From assembly GCA_964580855.1 (NCBI GenBank), contig CAZOLF010000001.1:1-52676 (forward strand): a stretch of 52,676 nucleotides of DNA, in the 5' to 3' direction. Of the stretch, positions 50,761 to 52,676 are shown one piece after another. The first letter of the stretch is position 1, and every line of letters begins with the position of its first letter. The notes beneath the pieces were generated by a model, which was not told where the DNA came from, ran no database searches, and saw only the letters and a list, made by a program, of their open reading frames with translations. The DNA is from an uncultured Candidatus Saccharibacteria bacterium (GTDB lineage Bacteria > Patescibacteriota > Minisyncoccia > Phycocordibacterales > UBA9973). Position numbers and translations under genes: made by a program.

Positions 50761-52598
50761 GTATATTTTCAAATATTTTTGGTTCAAAAAGTAAAATAAC
50801 TACCCAATCCCAAAAGGGAGCTTTGCCGATCCTACCCCAAGAAATATACCAAGCCGCAACATTGGAACTCCAAGATATTATCGCTCCGTCTGCTTTACAA
50901 ATCACTCCAAAGTCGCTAAACCTCGGAGATAAGATTGCACGCACATTTTTTGTCATCTCTTATCCACGATACCTTACAGACAACTGGTTTTCCCCGATCA
51001 TCAATTTGGACAAAATCTTTGACGTTTCCATATTTATTCACCCGATCGAAACAGCAGAAATCTTACATGTTTTCCAAAATAAAGTTGCCGAAGTTCAAAG
51101 CCAGATCTCAATCCGTGAATCCAAAGGTATGGTTCGCGACCCAATGCTCGACACTGCATATAAAGATCTCGAATCTTTGCGTGATAGCCTAATGCAAGCG
51201 CAAGAAAAGATGTTTGAAGTTGGATTATACATCACAGTATATGCTGATAATGAAACAGAGCTATTTCGAACAGAAAATGAAATCAAATCACTCCTTGAGT
51301 CAAAAATTATTTATCTAAAACCGGCTCTATTCCAACAAGAAGAAGCATTCAAAACGGTTATCCCCCTTGGTACAGACCTCCTTGGTATCCACCAAAAGCT
51401 AAATACTGAGCCACTTTCAAGTGTATTTCCTTTTGTATCTTTCGACCTGACTTCCGATAACGGGATTCTTTATGGTGTTAATCGCCACAATTCAAGCTTA
51501 ATCCTCTTTGATAGATTTTCATTGCCAAATTACAACTCTATTACCTTTGCGACTTCAGGTGCTGGTAAATCTTATGCGACAAAATTAGAAATCCTTCGTA
51601 CCTTAATGTTTGATACAGAGGTAATCGTGATTGATCCGGAACGTGAATACGAATTTTTAGCCGAAGCGGTTGGTGGAAGATATTTCAATATCTCACTTTC
51701 AAGTGAGCACCATATCAACCCATTCGACCTGCCTATCCCAAGCGCCGATGAAACGGGGGCTGATGTTTTGCGTTCAAACACAATCAACTTGGTCGGATTA
51801 TTCCGTATTATGCTTGGGGGCCTAACTCCAGAAGAGGATTCAATCATAGATCGCGCTATCACTGAAACATACGCACTCAAAGATATTACATCAGAATCAG
51901 ACTTCACAAATATTGAACCCCCACTCCTTTCTGATTTTGAAGTTGTGCTTGCTGGGATGGAGGGGAGTGAGTCGATTATTTCGCGTTTAACAAAATTTAC
52001 AAAAGGGTCCTGGGCATCATTCCTCAACCAACCTTCCAACATAGATATCAACCGCAAGCTTGTTGTGTTTTCAGTCCGAGATATGGAAGATGAGTTGAAA
52101 TCCGTCGCTATGTATATAGTCACACACTATATATGGAATGCGATCCGAAAGAATATCAAGAAAAGACTCCTTGTTGTAGATGAGGCTTGGTGGATGATGA
52201 AGTCTGAAGATACAGCATCTTTCCTTTTCTCTATAGCGAAACGCGGACGTAAATATTATCTAGGGCTTGCTACTATTACTCAAGATGTGGGGGACTTTAT
52301 GAAAAGCCAATATGGAATCCCAATTGTTACCAACTCTTCAATCCAACTACTCTTGAAACAATCACCTTCGACAGTCGATCTCCTGCAAAAAACTTTTAAT
52401 CTCACTGATGAAGAAAAGTACCTCCTTCTCGAAGCCAATGTTGGGGAAGGAATCTTCTTTGCGGGACTCAAGCACGTAGCCATAAAAACTATAGCAAGCT
52501 ACACAGAAGACCAAATCATCACTTCAGACCCATCACAATTACTTGCAATCAAAAAGGCCAAGGAAGAACTTGTTGAAAACGGTAATCAAGCCTCTTAA
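50757..52598 (+). CDS. virB4: VirB4-family type IV secretion/conjugation ATPase
   Basis: IAPSALQITPKSLNLGDKIARTFFVISYPRYL (VirB4 middle domain), Walker A TSGAGKSY (51558-51572), Walker B LLVVDEAWWMM (52178-52189), GLATITQD. 613 aa. Confidence 0.85.
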   Translation: MSIFSNIFGSKSKITTQSQKGALPILPQEIYQAATLELQDIIAPSALQITPKSLNLGDKIARTFFVISYPRYLTDNWFSPIINLDKIFDVSIFIHPIETAEILHVFQNKVAEVQSQISIRESKGMVRDPMLDTAYKDLESLRDSLMQAQEKMFEVGLYITVYADNETELFRTENEIKSLLESKIIYLKPALFQQEEAFKTVIPLGTDLLGIHQKLNTEPLSSVFPFVSFDLTSDNGILYGVNRHNSSLILFDRFSLPNYNSITFATSGAGKSYATKLEILRTLMFDTEVIVIDPEREYEFLAEAVGGRYFNISLSSEHHINPFDLPIPSADETGADVLRSNTINLVGLFRIMLGGLTPEEDSIIDRAITETYALKDITSESDFTNIEPPLLSDFEVVLAGMEGSESIISRLTKFTKGSWASFLNQPSNIDINRKLVVFSVRDMEDELKSVAMYIVTHYIWNAIRKNIKKRLLVVDEAWWMMKSEDTASFLFSIAKRGRKYYLGLATITQDVGDFMKSQYGIPIVTNSSIQLLLKQSPSTVDLLQKTFNLTDEEKYLLLEANVGEGIFFAGLKHVAIKTIASYTEDQIITSDPSQLLAIKKAKEELVENGNQAS

Positions 52599-52676
52599 AA
52601 CATTGTTTATATCCTCATATTTTAATATAATAGGGGAATGGTAGTTAAATACTATTTAAAGCTTGTCATTGTGGTA

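Noticed and set aside
1-52676. Alternative genetic code (UGA = Gly, as in some CPR lineages)
   Set aside because: Long housekeeping ORFs are intact under code 11. TGA works as a stop in the ATGA overlap at 50757-50760 and at the end of the 8435 mini-ORF. No conserved protein is interrupted by in-frame TGA.
1-52676. tRNA, rRNA, tmRNA, RNase P or SRP RNA genes in intergenic regions
   Set aside because: No cloverleaf or T-loop (GTTCRANYC) candidates, or other diagnostic cores, were seen by eye in the few spacers over 100 nt. This needs tRNAscan/Infernal to confirm.

Overview
AT-rich, very gene-dense window, read mostly on the + strand with the standard genetic code (TGA is used as a stop at 50758-50760). 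The gene content looks like a Patescibacteria/CPR-type ultra-small bacterium; this is an inference. The signs are streamlined housekeeping genes mixed with many lineage-specific secreted or membrane-anchored hypothetical proteins, a PGI/PMI-type isomerase, PrgI/VirB4 genes, almost no Shine-Dalgarno sites, and many leaderless promoters. Layout: 1-25.5 kb holds housekeeping genes (xth, xerC-like recombinase, rpsO, NYN protein, LbH transferase, SDR-type tdh plus a disrupted kbl, glmS, PGI/PMI, pnp, DksA/TraR, comM, HAD, a TrmB operon, LysM-M23 peptidase). Between them sit small orphan genes, each with its own promoter and terminator. 25.7-35.1 kb holds five consecutive Lys/Glu-rich proteins (up to 1199 aa) plus a small acidic protein. 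35.2-37.9 kb holds uvrD/pcrA and rsmA. 38.4-52.6 kb holds three large anchored or secreted proteins, including a 1310-aa Gly/Thr-rich protein with five Cys-bracketed Asp-rich modules. These are followed by a Gram-positive-type T4SS-like core: a VirB6-like 928-aa polytopic protein, a PrgI/VirB3-like protein, and VirB4 as two coupled ORFs. No relaxase, coupling protein, rRNA, tRNA, CRISPR array or transposase was recognised by eye. The best candidate for a novel system is the 25.7-52.6 kb region, a T4SS-like core with giant surface proteins and Lys/Glu-rich candidate substrates. All calls come from reading motifs by eye; no searches were run.
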